Shown here: one piece after another, positions 30,778 through 41,152 of the stretch
Position numbering within the stretch: the stretch's first letter is position 1
Layout: every line of letters begins with the position of its first letter
Assembly (NCBI GenBank): GCA_963665095.1
Contig: OY762069.1
Span: 2,208,001-2,272,000, forward strand
From: an uncultured Desulfobacter sp.
Lineage (GTDB): Bacteria > Desulfobacterota > Desulfobacteria > Desulfobacterales > Desulfobacteraceae
Direction of reading: 5' to 3'
Length of the DNA stretch: 64,000 nucleotides
Translations under genes and position numbers: made by a program
The notes under the pieces: model-generated
Seen by the model: only the letters and a program-made list of their open reading frames with translations
Told to the model about the DNA's origin: nothing
Databases searched by the model: none

Positions 30778-31338
30778 TTAATTGATTAGTGCATTAATTT
30801 TCACACCGGCTTTCAGTCCAAGGTAGGTACCAAGGATCATTAAAGCAAGACCGATGACAAATGCAATGATTACCAGGTTCATGGGCGTCGGAATCAGGAA
30901 CACATAGATAATCATAATAAAATTCCAGATAAAGTAGATAATATTATATATCATGGAATAGACGATCAGGTCTTTGAAAGAATGAAAAATATCATCGGGA
31001 TTGTCAAACATCTTGCTTCTGACCGCCATATATAGCTCAGGAATCAGCGGCAGGATCACGATGCAGGCAAAGTAATGGGGGATTTCACCCTGTAAAAAGA
31101 AATTGATGCAGACCCAGCCGATGGTGTAGAAGACACCGGCATATCTTTTCTTGGTCACAGCCAGGCAGATGACCAGAGAAAAGGAGCTGAACAGCATCAT
31201 ACCGGAGTGGTTAAAGGGAAATACCACGCCAGCCATTTTAAACACAATCCACAGTACCCTGAACATGGCGGCAAATACAACCACGGTAATCAGATCCACT
31301 GCATTAAATTTTTTGGGTTTTACAAAACCTTCAGCCAT
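30778..31338 (-). CDS. Putative ECF substrate-binding S component
   Basis: 186 aa, about 6 TMs, directly upstream of ecfT/ecfA; strong AAGGAGG RBS. Confidence 0.65.
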   Translation of the reverse strand: MAEGFVKPKKFNAVDLITVVVFAAMFRVLWIVFKMAGVVFPFNHSGMMLFSSFSLVICLAVTKKRYAGVFYTIGWVCINFFLQGEIPHYFACIVILPLIPELYMAVRSKMFDNPDDIFHSFKDLIVYSMIYNIIYFIWNFIMIIYVFLIPTPMNLVIIAFVIGLALMILGTYLGLKAGVKINALIN

Positions 31339-31537
31339 TTTTTTCTTTCCTCCTTTTAAAAATTATCCAACCTCACCTTGTGATGAATAAATAGTATTTG
31401 AACGGGTCGTTACTAATCATCTGCCTGCAACCGCATCCTCCTGCCCGATGGCAGAAAAGCCAGGGTGCGCCCAAGACGCGTTTCTGATCCGTCCAGACAC
31501 GGGTTTTTCACTGTCATGTGCGTAAACAGCGCATGTT

Positions 31538-32557
31538 TTATTTCGCGTACGTCTCCACAGCCCTTCTGACTGCAGACAGATTCTCGTCACTGGTTTTAGG
31601 ATCTGTCACGCAGCCCGGCCCCACGATCAGGGATTGCCCCTTCACCTGATCTATGGCCTCATGGATATGTTTTTCAATTTGATCCGGCGTGCTGGTCGCC
31701 ATGATACTGTTGTATTTCAAGACATTGCCCACAAAATAGGGAACCTCCTGGATACCGCCCAGAAAACATTTTCCGCAGGTTTCCCGGGCTGTCTTAAAAT
31801 CAGGGTCCGTGTGGCGGTCATGCCAGTTCAGGCAGTTGCCCGGGTACTGGCTCACCTTGTCAAACATGATATTGTCCCCATGGATGTGAATGACGTTGAA
31901 CCAGGTTTCATCCTTGAAAGCATCAAAAAGCCTGAGATCATAGGGCGTGGCAAATGCGTCAAACAACGCCTCGTCATTGACGTCATAGGAGGCATTCTGG
32001 GTGGCAAAGAAGAACCCGCTGACCCCGGCCTCCATATTGGCCCTGATAAAGTTGATGCAGGTCCGGGTGATCACCTCCAAAGCCCCGTGAACAACCCCAG
32101 GGTTTTCTTTGATATCGGTGAAAATCCGGTCTCCGGCCAGTTTTTTGGCAATGGTCAGAGGACTGAAAATCGTCTGGATATAAGGGATGTCTCCCCCTAC
32201 CATCTTTGAGACATACTGGGCGAGCTGGAGCTGTTTGCCCCAGGTACCATAGATGGCCGGCAGTTCAGCCAGCTTTTCCCAGTCACTGATATCATTGATG
32301 CCCGGGGCCTCAACAATGGGTTCCTTGAATTTGTCACAATAAATTTTAATCTTTGCCCCCCAGTCCTGAATGGTATAGGTGCCAAAGGGCATGAGTTTGA
32401 TAAAGTCGTAGTCATATTTTTTAACAAAGGCCACCTGGGTCTCTGCAAGGGACCGGGGATCCTGGTCCACATCAGAATAGTGCATCCACACGGAGACAGG
32501 TATCCTGTCCACATCCTGGCCGTTCAAAGCGGCTTTTATCCGTTCCGGCTTATTCAT
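31538..32557 (-). CDS. Uroporphyrinogen decarboxylase/MtaA-superfamily protein
   Basis: ERI.AAL.G..VDR.PV, TIFSP.T, HIHG, GPGC. Confidence 0.8.
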   Translation of the reverse strand: MNKPERIKAALNGQDVDRIPVSVWMHYSDVDQDPRSLAETQVAFVKKYDYDFIKLMPFGTYTIQDWGAKIKIYCDKFKEPIVEAPGINDISDWEKLAELPAIYGTWGKQLQLAQYVSKMVGGDIPYIQTIFSPLTIAKKLAGDRIFTDIKENPGVVHGALEVITRTCINFIRANMEAGVSGFFFATQNASYDVNDEALFDAFATPYDLRLFDAFKDETWFNVIHIHGDNIMFDKVSQYPGNCLNWHDRHTDPDFKTARETCGKCFLGGIQEVPYFVGNVLKYNSIMATSTPDQIEKHIHEAIDQVKGQSLIVGPGCVTDPKTSDENLSAVRRAVETYAK

Positions 32558-33596
32558 TTCTCTTTCCTGTGTATTTTTTCAGTTGATTTATATCCGGGCA
32601 CACCCCCTGCTCCAAATAATCTTTATTCAGATAGAGGCAGGCCGCAGCCACCACTGCATCTGCGCAGGGGGTCTCTATATCCAGGGCATCTCCCAGATGG
32701 ACGATGGGAACAATTCCATAGGGAATATCCTCGTAAAAATAACGGTGTTCCAGGGTCTGCGGGGCCATCACATTTTCGTAACTGGCATTTTTCACAAGTG
32801 CGTCATACAGGGTGTCGAAGTTATCGGGCCAGAAGCTGTTCAGGGTATCCAGCACCGTATCACATCGCACCCCAAGCCTGTCTGCAATGGCGATTCTTTC
32901 ACTGTCAAGGCGGGTGATGGTCTCAACAACGCCCTGCGACACACCCTGCCCGTAAAACCTGAACCGCTCTTTGTTTTCAACTCTTGCCAGATTGAACAGA
33001 CAGACCGGCACATGAATTACCGGATTTGTGGCGCTGATGGAGGTGGCCACAACATCGGACGCCGGCACAAGTCCGGGAAGAATATCTCCCAGACAGTCAA
33101 CCAGGGAATCGGTCTGTTCAGGCTTCAGGGAACTGATGGTGGTACTTTGCTTAATGCTTTTAACATCTACCCGGCACACAGTGTCAACTGCAGCGATAAA
33201 GGGCATGGCACCTGTTTCCGCCACCACACACCCCTGCCGGCCGGCTTTCGTCTCCAGGATCTGTCCGGCCTGATACGCGCCCCAGTTGCTGTTAAAGACA
33301 ACAAGCGTGTGATTGAGCCCCACAAGAGGTTTGAGCTGTTCAAACACCGTCACATGTGCATCTGCTGTGGTAAAGATAAAAATAAAGGAGACCTGGGGAA
33401 CAGCCTGATCAAGGCGCCAGACAGCGGTGGGATGAAAACGGCCGCTGACCTCGCCTGTGGCCTCAAGCCCGTTCTCATTGATCGTGCCCGCCTTTTCCCG
33501 GCTCCTGGTGTATATCAGCACCTCATGACCCGCCCGGGATAAAAAGGCAGTGGCGGCACAGCCTGTATTGCCGGCTCCGATAACTAAAATTTTCAT
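32550..33596 (-). CDS. NAD(P)-dependent opine (octopine/nopaline) dehydrogenase family protein
   Basis: GAGNTG Rossmann fold, NPVIH, F.FY..G, HRYFYEDIPYG. Confidence 0.88.
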   Translation of the reverse strand: MKILVIGAGNTGCAATAFLSRAGHEVLIYTRSREKAGTINENGLEATGEVSGRFHPTAVWRLDQAVPQVSFIFIFTTADAHVTVFEQLKPLVGLNHTLVVFNSNWGAYQAGQILETKAGRQGCVVAETGAMPFIAAVDTVCRVDVKSIKQSTTISSLKPEQTDSLVDCLGDILPGLVPASDVVATSISATNPVIHVPVCLFNLARVENKERFRFYGQGVSQGVVETITRLDSERIAIADRLGVRCDTVLDTLNSFWPDNFDTLYDALVKNASYENVMAPQTLEHRYFYEDIPYGIVPIVHLGDALDIETPCADAVVAAACLYLNKDYLEQGVCPDINQLKKYTGKRNE

Positions 33597-33663
33597 TGGT
33601 TTAATTTCTGCATTTTTTCCAGTGGTATTGCAACTTCATTTCAATTCTGTCATAAAACTTGTA

Positions 33664-33686
33664 TTGACAACTGGACATGGTGTCAA
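33664..33686. promoter_or_regulatory. Inverted repeat TTGACA-N11-TGTCAA in the divergent promoter region
   Basis: TTGACA ACTGGACATGG TGTCAA; either an operator or back-to-back -35 boxes. Confidence 0.4.
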
Positions 33687-33865
33687 GGATTTTTTTTGAT
33701 GATTCATTTTTTTCGATACTGTGCTAAACAACAAAAATGCTAATAAATATTCATAAAAAATACATACAAAATTGTTATTTAATATTTTGATCATAAACTT
33801 ACTACAACCTTTGCCTTGTGCAGATCCTAAAGTGAATTCAACACTTTGGACAGGACATTTTATTG

Positions 33866-34594
33866 ATGGAAAAGTACACCCCTAAATACATCCTTATCAG
33901 AAATTATATCATTGAAAACATTCAATCAGGACAGTTGCTCAAAGGCGATAAAATCCCCTCTGAGAACAAGTTGTCAGACATGTTTAACGTCAGCCGGGTA
34001 ACAGCCAACACAGCCATCAGAGAACTATCCACCTTAGGCCTGCTTGAACGTATTCAGGGCAAAGGCACCTTTGTAAAAACTGACAGTATTGATCTTGACG
34101 AAAGAGGACATAATATCAGCAAGTCAGCCAAAATCTCCTCGGAAACCGGTGAAACCCGTCACCACAAACTTGAAAAAATTGATGTGGTCCACCCCTGTGA
34201 GGAACTTATCCAAAAGCTGAACCTGGGAGCGGATGAAAAAGTGTATGAGATCATCCGGTTTATGAAAAAGAAAAAAGAAGTCACAGGTATTGACTACAGC
34301 TATATCCCCTATAAATACTTTGAGGACAGGGATATGGACTTCAACCAGCTGGCCCAGACCTACCTGCATGAATTCTTAAACGAGTCCGGTGTTATCCAGG
34401 TGCATAAAATCCATATGCATCTGGGTGCAAAGCTGCCCAATGCCTATGAAATGGAAATTTTTGGCATCACAGAACCCGTCCCCCTGGTGGTATGGGAAAC
34501 AAACGTGCTTGACAGACACGGCCTTTCTGCCGCCATGACCACCACTGTGGCACTCCCTGACCGCTACCGTCCCTATATCAACTTTGAAATTTGA
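33866..34594 (+). CDS. GntR family (HutC/UTRA) transcriptional regulator
   Basis: PSE..L...FNVSR.T ... RIQGKGTFV, UTRA-length C-terminal domain. Confidence 0.9.
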   Translation: MEKYTPKYILIRNYIIENIQSGQLLKGDKIPSENKLSDMFNVSRVTANTAIRELSTLGLLERIQGKGTFVKTDSIDLDERGHNISKSAKISSETGETRHHKLEKIDVVHPCEELIQKLNLGADEKVYEIIRFMKKKKEVTGIDYSYIPYKYFEDRDMDFNQLAQTYLHEFLNESGVIQVHKIHMHLGAKLPNAYEMEIFGITEPVPLVVWETNVLDRHGLSAAMTTTVALPDRYRPYINFEI

Positions 34595-34702
34595 TCATGA
34601 AAGATCTTTTATCGGCATTGAAAAGGCCATCAAAAGGAAAAGTCCATCAAAGGCGGATCATTCCGGTGCTGCCATCATTTTCAAATATATTTCATACTTT
34701 TC

Positions 34703-34730
34703 TTGACAAAAACCGCCATCCTATTATCAT
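34703..34730 (+). promoter_or_regulatory. Putative sigma-70 promoter upstream of the FDH operon
   Basis: TTGACA-N16-TATCAT. Confidence 0.5.
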
Positions 34731-34932
34731 AGGAGACATATGGCTGAACTGCTGTTTTCCCCTGCAGAAGACTGCACCCACCCCTTTTTACCCACGCTGA
34801 ATTTACTGCGTTAAGCACGTATAAAATGTATTGACCAGAATATCTGCCCCGCCTTCCCCACACTGAGATCCCCTGTCTGTTTTGATCATGAAGCGTTAAA
34901 ATTTTTTAACCTTTACGAATCAGGAGGGTTTT

Positions 34933-35400
34933 ATGGAAGAGACATTACACGCCCTTTTTTCGGAATTTAAGGGAAGAAAGGAGGAGCTGATCCCATTGCT
35001 CCAGGCTGTCCAAGGGCGCTTAGGTTTTTTGCCCAAAGAGGCGCTTCTCGAAGTTTCCCGATTTATCCAGCTCCCTGAAAGTCAGGTTTTCGGAGTGGCG
35101 ACCTTCTACACTCAGTTCAGATTTTCACCTGTCGGCAAAACCCATATCATGGCCTGCCGGGGCACTGCCTGCCATGTCAGAGGAGCACCGCGCATTCTCA
35201 AGGCCTTTTCCGAAAACCTGGGAATAAAAGAGGGGGAAACCACTCCGGACCTGGAATACTCTCTTGAAACAGTGGCCTGTATCGGCGCATGCGGTCTTGC
35301 GCCATGTGCCACGATCAATACAAAAGTCGAGGGGCAGCTGACCCCTAAAAGGGTCGCAGGCTTTTTCACCAGGAGAGCAAAAAATGAGTTCACTATTTAA
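34933..35400 (+). CDS. NuoE/HydC-like [2Fe-2S] subunit
   Basis: VATFY, CRGTACH, CIGACGLAP. Confidence 0.92.
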   Translation: MEETLHALFSEFKGRKEELIPLLQAVQGRLGFLPKEALLEVSRFIQLPESQVFGVATFYTQFRFSPVGKTHIMACRGTACHVRGAPRILKAFSENLGIKEGETTPDLEYSLETVACIGACGLAPCATINTKVEGQLTPKRVAGFFTRRAKNEFTI

Positions 35401-37261
35401 AAAACAAATAAAAAAGGCCGACCTTGAATGGACGGCTCTCCAATCCAGTCAAAGGCCTGTGATACGGGTAGGAACAGCGACCTGCGGCAGATCCGCAGGA
35501 TCCCTTCAAACCCTGACCGCCTTTAAATCAAGCGCCGATGCCCTGGGCGTGGATTGCAGTATCATAGAGGTGGGATGTTTGGGGCTTTGTTTTGCTGAAC
35601 CGGTGGTAAGCATCTCCACATGGCCCAGCCCTGCAGTACTTTACGGAAAAATAGACGAATTCAAGGCCAGGGAGTTGATGGAAAAAGATGTAATAAAAAA
35701 CGAACCGATTGAGGAATATGCCCTTGGCACACTGAATGGACAACCAAGGGGGAATATCCCTGAACTATTAAAAACCGATGTTTTTAAACACCAGATCCGC
35801 AGAATACTGAAGCGCTGTGGCCTTATCAATCCTTCAAGCATTGAGCATTACCTTGCAAACGGCGGATACTCAGGGCTTGAAAGGGCCGTAACCATGTCAC
35901 AGGGAGCCATCATCGACGAGGTTACGGCCGCAGGCCTTCGAGGCCGGGGTGGGGCTGGGTTTACCACAGGTGTGAAATGGGGGTTCTGCCGCAAGGCACC
36001 GGGCGAGCCTAAATACCTGATCTGCAATGCCGATGAAGGAGACCCGGGCGCCTTTATGAACCGTTCACTGCTGGAAGGGGACCCCCATTCCCTGATTGAG
36101 GGCATGGTCATTGCCGGCATGGGCATAGGGGCATCCAGGGGCTACATATACTGCCGTGCGGAATACCCTTTGGCCCTGGAACGGCTGGAAACAGCCATCA
36201 GGCAGGCCGAAAACGCAGGCTTTTTAGGCCGAAATATCATGGGCTCAGGGTTTAACTTTGACATTGTTATTAAAATGGGGGCCGGCGCATTTGTCTGCGG
36301 AGAGGAGACCGCGCTCATCTCATCCATTGAAGGGAAACGGGGTATGCCAAGACCACGCCCCCCCTTCCCTGCCATATCAGGATTGTGGGGAAAACCCACC
36401 ATTATCAATAATGTGGAAACCCTTGCATCAGTGGCCCTGATCTTTCAACATAATGCCGGATGGTATGCCGGTACAGGAACTGAACGCAGCAAGGGGACAA
36501 AAACCTTTGCCCTGGTGGGAGAGGTCAAACGGCCAGGCCTTGTGGAAGTGCCCCTTGGGACCACCATCCGTGAAATGGTTTTTGATATCGGTGGTGGCAC
36601 CCGGGGGGATAAGGCGTTCAAGGCTGTCCAGACAGGCGGACCTTCAGGCGGCTGCATTCCGGGAACACTGATAGATACGCCTGTTGACTACGACTCCCTG
36701 AATGCCGTGGGCAGCATTATGGGATCAGGCGGCATGGTTGTGATGAGTACGGATTCGTGCATGGTGGATGTGGCAAAGTATTTCCTGGAATTTACCCAGA
36801 AAGAGTCCTGCGGGGGATGTGTTCCCTGCCGTCTTGGCACAAAACAGATGCTGGACATCCTGGAGGATATCGCGGCCGGGAAAGGCAGCCTTGAAGATCT
36901 GGAAATTTTAGAAGAACTTTGCCGGACAATCCAGAAAAGTGCCCTGTGCGGTCTTGGCCAGACAGCCCCGAACCCTGTCCTGTCTACAATCCGATATTTC
37001 AGATCCGAGTACCTGGCCCATATCATTGAAAAAAAATGTCCGGCACGGGTATGCAGGGAGCTGATTTCATATTTTATTGACCCTGAGAGATGTTCCGGCT
37101 GTGGCAACTGCTCTCGATCCTGCCCTTTAGAGGTCATTTCAGGGCATAAAAACAGACCCCATGAAATTGACCAGTCAAAATGTATCAGGTGCGGAGCCTG
37201 TATGGAAAAATGCTCATCCAAATTCAGTGCGGTCAAATGCATTCCAGGAAAAATTTCTTAA
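35384..37261 (+). CDS. NuoF/HydB-like NADH/FMN subunit with extra Fe-S domains
   Basis: GLRGRGGAGF, NADEGDPGAFM, GGPSGG, ESCGGCVPCR, two C-terminal CxxCxxC clusters. Confidence 0.93.
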   Translation: MSSLFKKQIKKADLEWTALQSSQRPVIRVGTATCGRSAGSLQTLTAFKSSADALGVDCSIIEVGCLGLCFAEPVVSISTWPSPAVLYGKIDEFKARELMEKDVIKNEPIEEYALGTLNGQPRGNIPELLKTDVFKHQIRRILKRCGLINPSSIEHYLANGGYSGLERAVTMSQGAIIDEVTAAGLRGRGGAGFTTGVKWGFCRKAPGEPKYLICNADEGDPGAFMNRSLLEGDPHSLIEGMVIAGMGIGASRGYIYCRAEYPLALERLETAIRQAENAGFLGRNIMGSGFNFDIVIKMGAGAFVCGEETALISSIEGKRGMPRPRPPFPAISGLWGKPTIINNVETLASVALIFQHNAGWYAGTGTERSKGTKTFALVGEVKRPGLVEVPLGTTIREMVFDIGGGTRGDKAFKAVQTGGPSGGCIPGTLIDTPVDYDSLNAVGSIMGSGGMVVMSTDSCMVDVAKYFLEFTQKESCGGCVPCRLGTKQMLDILEDIAAGKGSLEDLEILEELCRTIQKSALCGLGQTAPNPVLSTIRYFRSEYLAHIIEKKCPARVCRELISYFIDPERCSGCGNCSRSCPLEVISGHKNRPHEIDQSKCIRCGACMEKCSSKFSAVKCIPGKIS

Positions 37262-37274
37262 ACAGGAGTGTACA

Positions 37275-39950
37275 ATGAGAAAAATAACCCTGACCATTGA
37301 CGGATTTGAGATTCGGGCCAAAAATACCAGCACCATTCTTGAGGTGGCGCTGGAAAACGGCATATATATCCCCAACCTTTGCTATCATGAAGATTTAAAG
37401 CCCTCTTCCGTCTGCCGCCTGTGCCTGGTGGAGGTGGACGGCCGCATGATAACCTCGTGCAACACAAAAGTTGCCCAGGACATGAAAGTCAAAACGGAAA
37501 CCAAGGAAATTGATAAAACACGGCGTATGATCGTGGAGCTTCTTCTTGTCAATCATGAGCTTGATTGCTTTGAATGCAATCAGAGTACCCTTTGCAAGCT
37601 TCAAAAAGCAGCCAACTATGTCGGTGTCGACGAAGAACGGCTCACCCGCCTCCGGCAATCGAGACACGACAGGCCTGTGGACCGGTCTGATCCGTTTTTT
37701 GACTTTAATCCCAACAAATGTATTCTTTGCGGAGTCTGTGTGCGGACCTGTGATGAAATAGCATCTGTCCATGCCATTGATTTTTCCCAGAGAGGATATG
37801 CCACAAGGATCTCAACCTTTGACGACAACCGGTTTAAGGATTCCAGGTGTTCCTCCTGCGGCGAATGTCTGACCCGCTGTCCCACCGGCGCTTTAACCAT
37901 AAAAGAACGAAGGGGTGTATCCCGGTGGGCGCCATCCATCTGCCCATACTGCGGTGTCGGATGTGCTGTAGAGTTAGGTGTCCGGGGGAACCGGATCATC
38001 TCTGTCAAGGGCAGCAGGGAAAACCCGGTGAACAAAGGCCAGTTGTGTGTAAAAGGCCGATTTGGCCTTTCTTTCGTTAACCACGAAGAGCGGTTGAAAA
38101 TGCCCTTGATCCGGAAAAATGGACGACTGGAAGAGGCCTCCTGGGACGACGCCCTGGATCTTGTGGCCAGGGAATTTAAAAAGGTGACAGGGGACCAGTT
38201 TGCTGTTTTCACCTCGGCCAAATGCACCAATGAAGAAAACTATATTATCCAAAAATTTACCCGGGCTGTGATGGGGTCAAATAATATTGATCACTGCGCT
38301 CGACTGTGACATTCCCCTACTGTGGCAGGTCTTGCCACAAGTTTTGGCTCCGGGGCCATGACAAACTCCATCAATGAAATCCGTGATGCCGCCTGCCTGT
38401 TTGTAATCGGCAGCAACACAACTGCAGCACATCCCATCATCTCCCGTCAGATGAAATATGCTGTCAAAGACGGTGCAAAACTAATTGTTGCAAGCCCCCT
38501 TGAAATCGACTTAAGGGAGTATGCCACAATCTTTCTGCAGCACCTGCCTGGCACAGATGTGGCCCTTGTCATGGGGATGATCAAAATCATTGTGGATAAC
38601 GGCCTGATAAACCGGGACTTTATCCGCAACCGATGTGATGATTTTGATAAATTTGCAGCATCCCTTGAAAGCTTTGATCTTGATTTTGTGGAAAAGACCA
38701 CACGCGTTTCAAAAAATGAGATTAGAAAAGCTGCCGCCCTGTTCGCGGAAAACAGCCCGGCAGCCATTTTTTATGCCATGGGCATCACCCAGCACACCCA
38801 CGGCACCGACAATGTCATGGCCCTGGCCAACCTGGCCCTGGCCACAGGAAATGTGGGATGCCGGTCCGCCGGGGTCAATCCTTTGCGGGGCCAGAACAAT
38901 GTACAGGGGGCCTGCGACATGGGCGGACTTCCCAATGTCTTTCCAGGATACCAGAAAGTTGATAATCCGGAATGCCGCAAAAAATTTGAAAGCGCATGGG
39001 GCACCACGCTTCCTTCGTCTCCCGGCTATACCCACACCGAGATCTTTGACTGCATCCATGACGGAATCATCAAGGCGTTATATGTCATCGGTGAAAACCC
39101 CGTGCTTAGCGAGGCTGATGCCGGCCATGCCGCAAAGGCCATTGAAAACCTGCCGTTTCTGGTGGTACAGGATATTTTTATGACCCAGACCGCCCAAAAG
39201 GCCGATGTGGTGCTGCCAGCAGCCACCTTTGCCGAAAAGCAGGGCACGTTCACCAATACAGAACGGCGGGTGCAATGGTTTAAAAGGGCTATCATGCCCA
39301 GGGGCCAGTCAAAACCTGACCACGAGATTGTCTGCGACATAGCCCGGCGTATGGGGGATAGAGGCTTTGAATATACCGGACCTGAAAAAATCATGGAAGA
39401 GATCGCCTCTCTGGTTCCCCAATACGGCGGGATTTCCTATAAACGGCTTGGCAGACATGGCCTGCAGTGGCCATGTCCGGGTAAAAACCACCCGGGAACC
39501 CCTTATCTATATAAAGAAAAATTCTCAACCCCCAGTGGCCGGGCAAAGTTTGTGCCCCTGGTCTACAAACCATCTGCAGAACTTCCGGATGATGAATACC
39601 CTTTTATCCTGACCACAGTCAGGAGCCCCTATCACTTCCACACCTCAACCATGACAGGACGGATTGAAGGGCTGAATCTTCTTCACCCGGAGGAACGCTT
39701 GGAAATGAATGCATCAGATGCAAAAGAGCTTGGCTTTGAAACCGGCACCAGGGTTACAGTGACCTCGAGAAGGGCCAGGGTCAGGGCCAGGGTGCTGATA
39801 TCCGCCAACTGCCCAAAGGGTGTGACCAATATGACATTTCATTTTGCAAAAAACCCCACAAATCTTTTGACCAGCAGAGCCCTTGACCCGGTTGCAAAAA
39901 TCCCTGAAACAAAAATCTGTGCAGTTAAAATCAGCCCTATAGCGCCTTGA
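37275..39950 (+). CDS. fdhA: Formate dehydrogenase alpha subunit, selenocysteine-containing (TGA 38307-38309), with N-terminal NuoG-like Fe-S domains; about 891 aa
   Basis: ORFs 37161-38309 and 38322-39950 are in the same frame across DHCARL-U-HSPTVAGL; CPYCGVGC, LRGQNNVQGACD. Confidence 0.95.
38310..38339 (+). promoter_or_regulatory. Bacterial SECIS element of fdhA
   Basis: 11 nt after UGA: TGTGGCA-GGTCT-TGCCACA; loop GGU at +22 to +24, as recalled for E. coli fdhF. Confidence 0.85.
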
Positions 39951-40154
39951 CTTACAAACTGTTATGACAAAAAGCATTGACACTCCGCCTTGTCAAGCAA
40001 CTCAATGCCTTGATTGTCCAAAGAAAAGCGACCCGGACCGATTGAAATATTTTCTTTTTGCATACACGCTTACATTCGCTTCTGATGAGATACTGGTAAT
40101 CAAGGACTCCCGAAAAAATATAACCCCATGGAAATCAGATAGCTGATTTCAAAT

Positions 40155-41090
40155 TTAACAATGGTGCGGATGAAGCTTATGATCCGAACAGCAGTGCTGA
40201 CTGCTGTCCCTGTAAAAAGGAGTCATGCGCACCAGGATTATCAGCACAGATCCGATGATGGCTGCCAGCACAAGGGTGCCATGGAACCTGTCACTGAACA
40301 AGGAACTGCCAAGGGGCAGGACAAACAGGATAATGCCGTAACTGACCCGGCCGGCAAGGCTCTGGAGGGACATATAGGTGCTCCGCTCAGACTGGGCCAG
40401 CAATGGTGCCAGTTCAGCGTTGATCAACGGCATGCTGATGGCCTTTGAACAGCTCCGGATCAGAAGCAGTACCACCACTGCCGGATGAATCATCACCGCC
40501 ATGGCATAAATAATCAGAAGTTGAAAAAGTGCTGTGGCCATCAGCATCATCCTCACCCGGCAACGATGGCGAATACCTTTGCCGAAACGGGTGAACCAGG
40601 AGGCGATAAGCATGGTTGCCGCCAGGTGAAGACCCGTAAAAAACGGGGTGGTATGCAATGCCATTCCCATGGCGCCCGCCACCTTCCCAAGATAAGGCTG
40701 GTAAAATTCATAGGGAAAACTGAGCCGTACAGTCATGGTCAGGCTGAAAAGCGTAAAAAAAACGGAACCGTCTGGTCCAGGATTTTTTAATCACTCCGGC
40801 CACAGTGGCCTGCAGGGAGGCCTGAGCCCCTGCCACCGGTGCCGGTTCCGTCATTTTCAGCATCACCCCCAAAGAGGCCATGGATGCCAGAAATGACGCC
40901 GCATAAATCCATTTAAGGCCAAACACAGCCAGGGCTCCGCCACCCAGATATAATACACCGACCCCAGCCACAGGGTCTGGGAAAGGGTTAAAACAGAAGT
41001 AAAATACAAAAAAAGGCCGGCCCCCAGAAGTAGCAGTTTCTGAAAAACTGGCAATAGATAGTACCGGATATTGTCATTTAACGGCGTCAT
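40155..41090 (-). pseudogene. Fragmented MFS transporter
   Basis: Three short TM-rich ORFs in different frames; N-terminal NIR.Y..QFFRNCYFW split by frameshifts; C-terminal RSTYMSLQSL. Confidence 0.7.
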
Positions 41091-41152
41091 GACAGGTAAA
41101 TGCTGGGTATTATTTTTCATGGTGTCAATCAGATGAATAGAAACTGTCTTAA

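Noticed and set aside
31339..31537. 34-codon minus-strand ORF between uroD-like and S-component genes
   Set aside because: No RBS and no motif.
32583..33542. 319-aa plus-strand ORF (also 13847-14542, 60981-61847, 37616-38230)
   Set aside because: Antisense shadows of well-supported genes, with no motifs of their own.
37161..37274. Longer FdhA N-terminus
   Set aside because: Overlaps nuoF; the AGGAG RBS supports ATG 37275.
38307..38321. fdhA as a split gene or pseudogene
   Set aside because: The TGA is at the Mo/W-ligand position, in frame, and followed by a SECIS-like hairpin.
39964..40146. 60-aa ORF with CxxxxCxxC after fdhA
   Set aside because: No RBS and no recognisable family; probably spurious.
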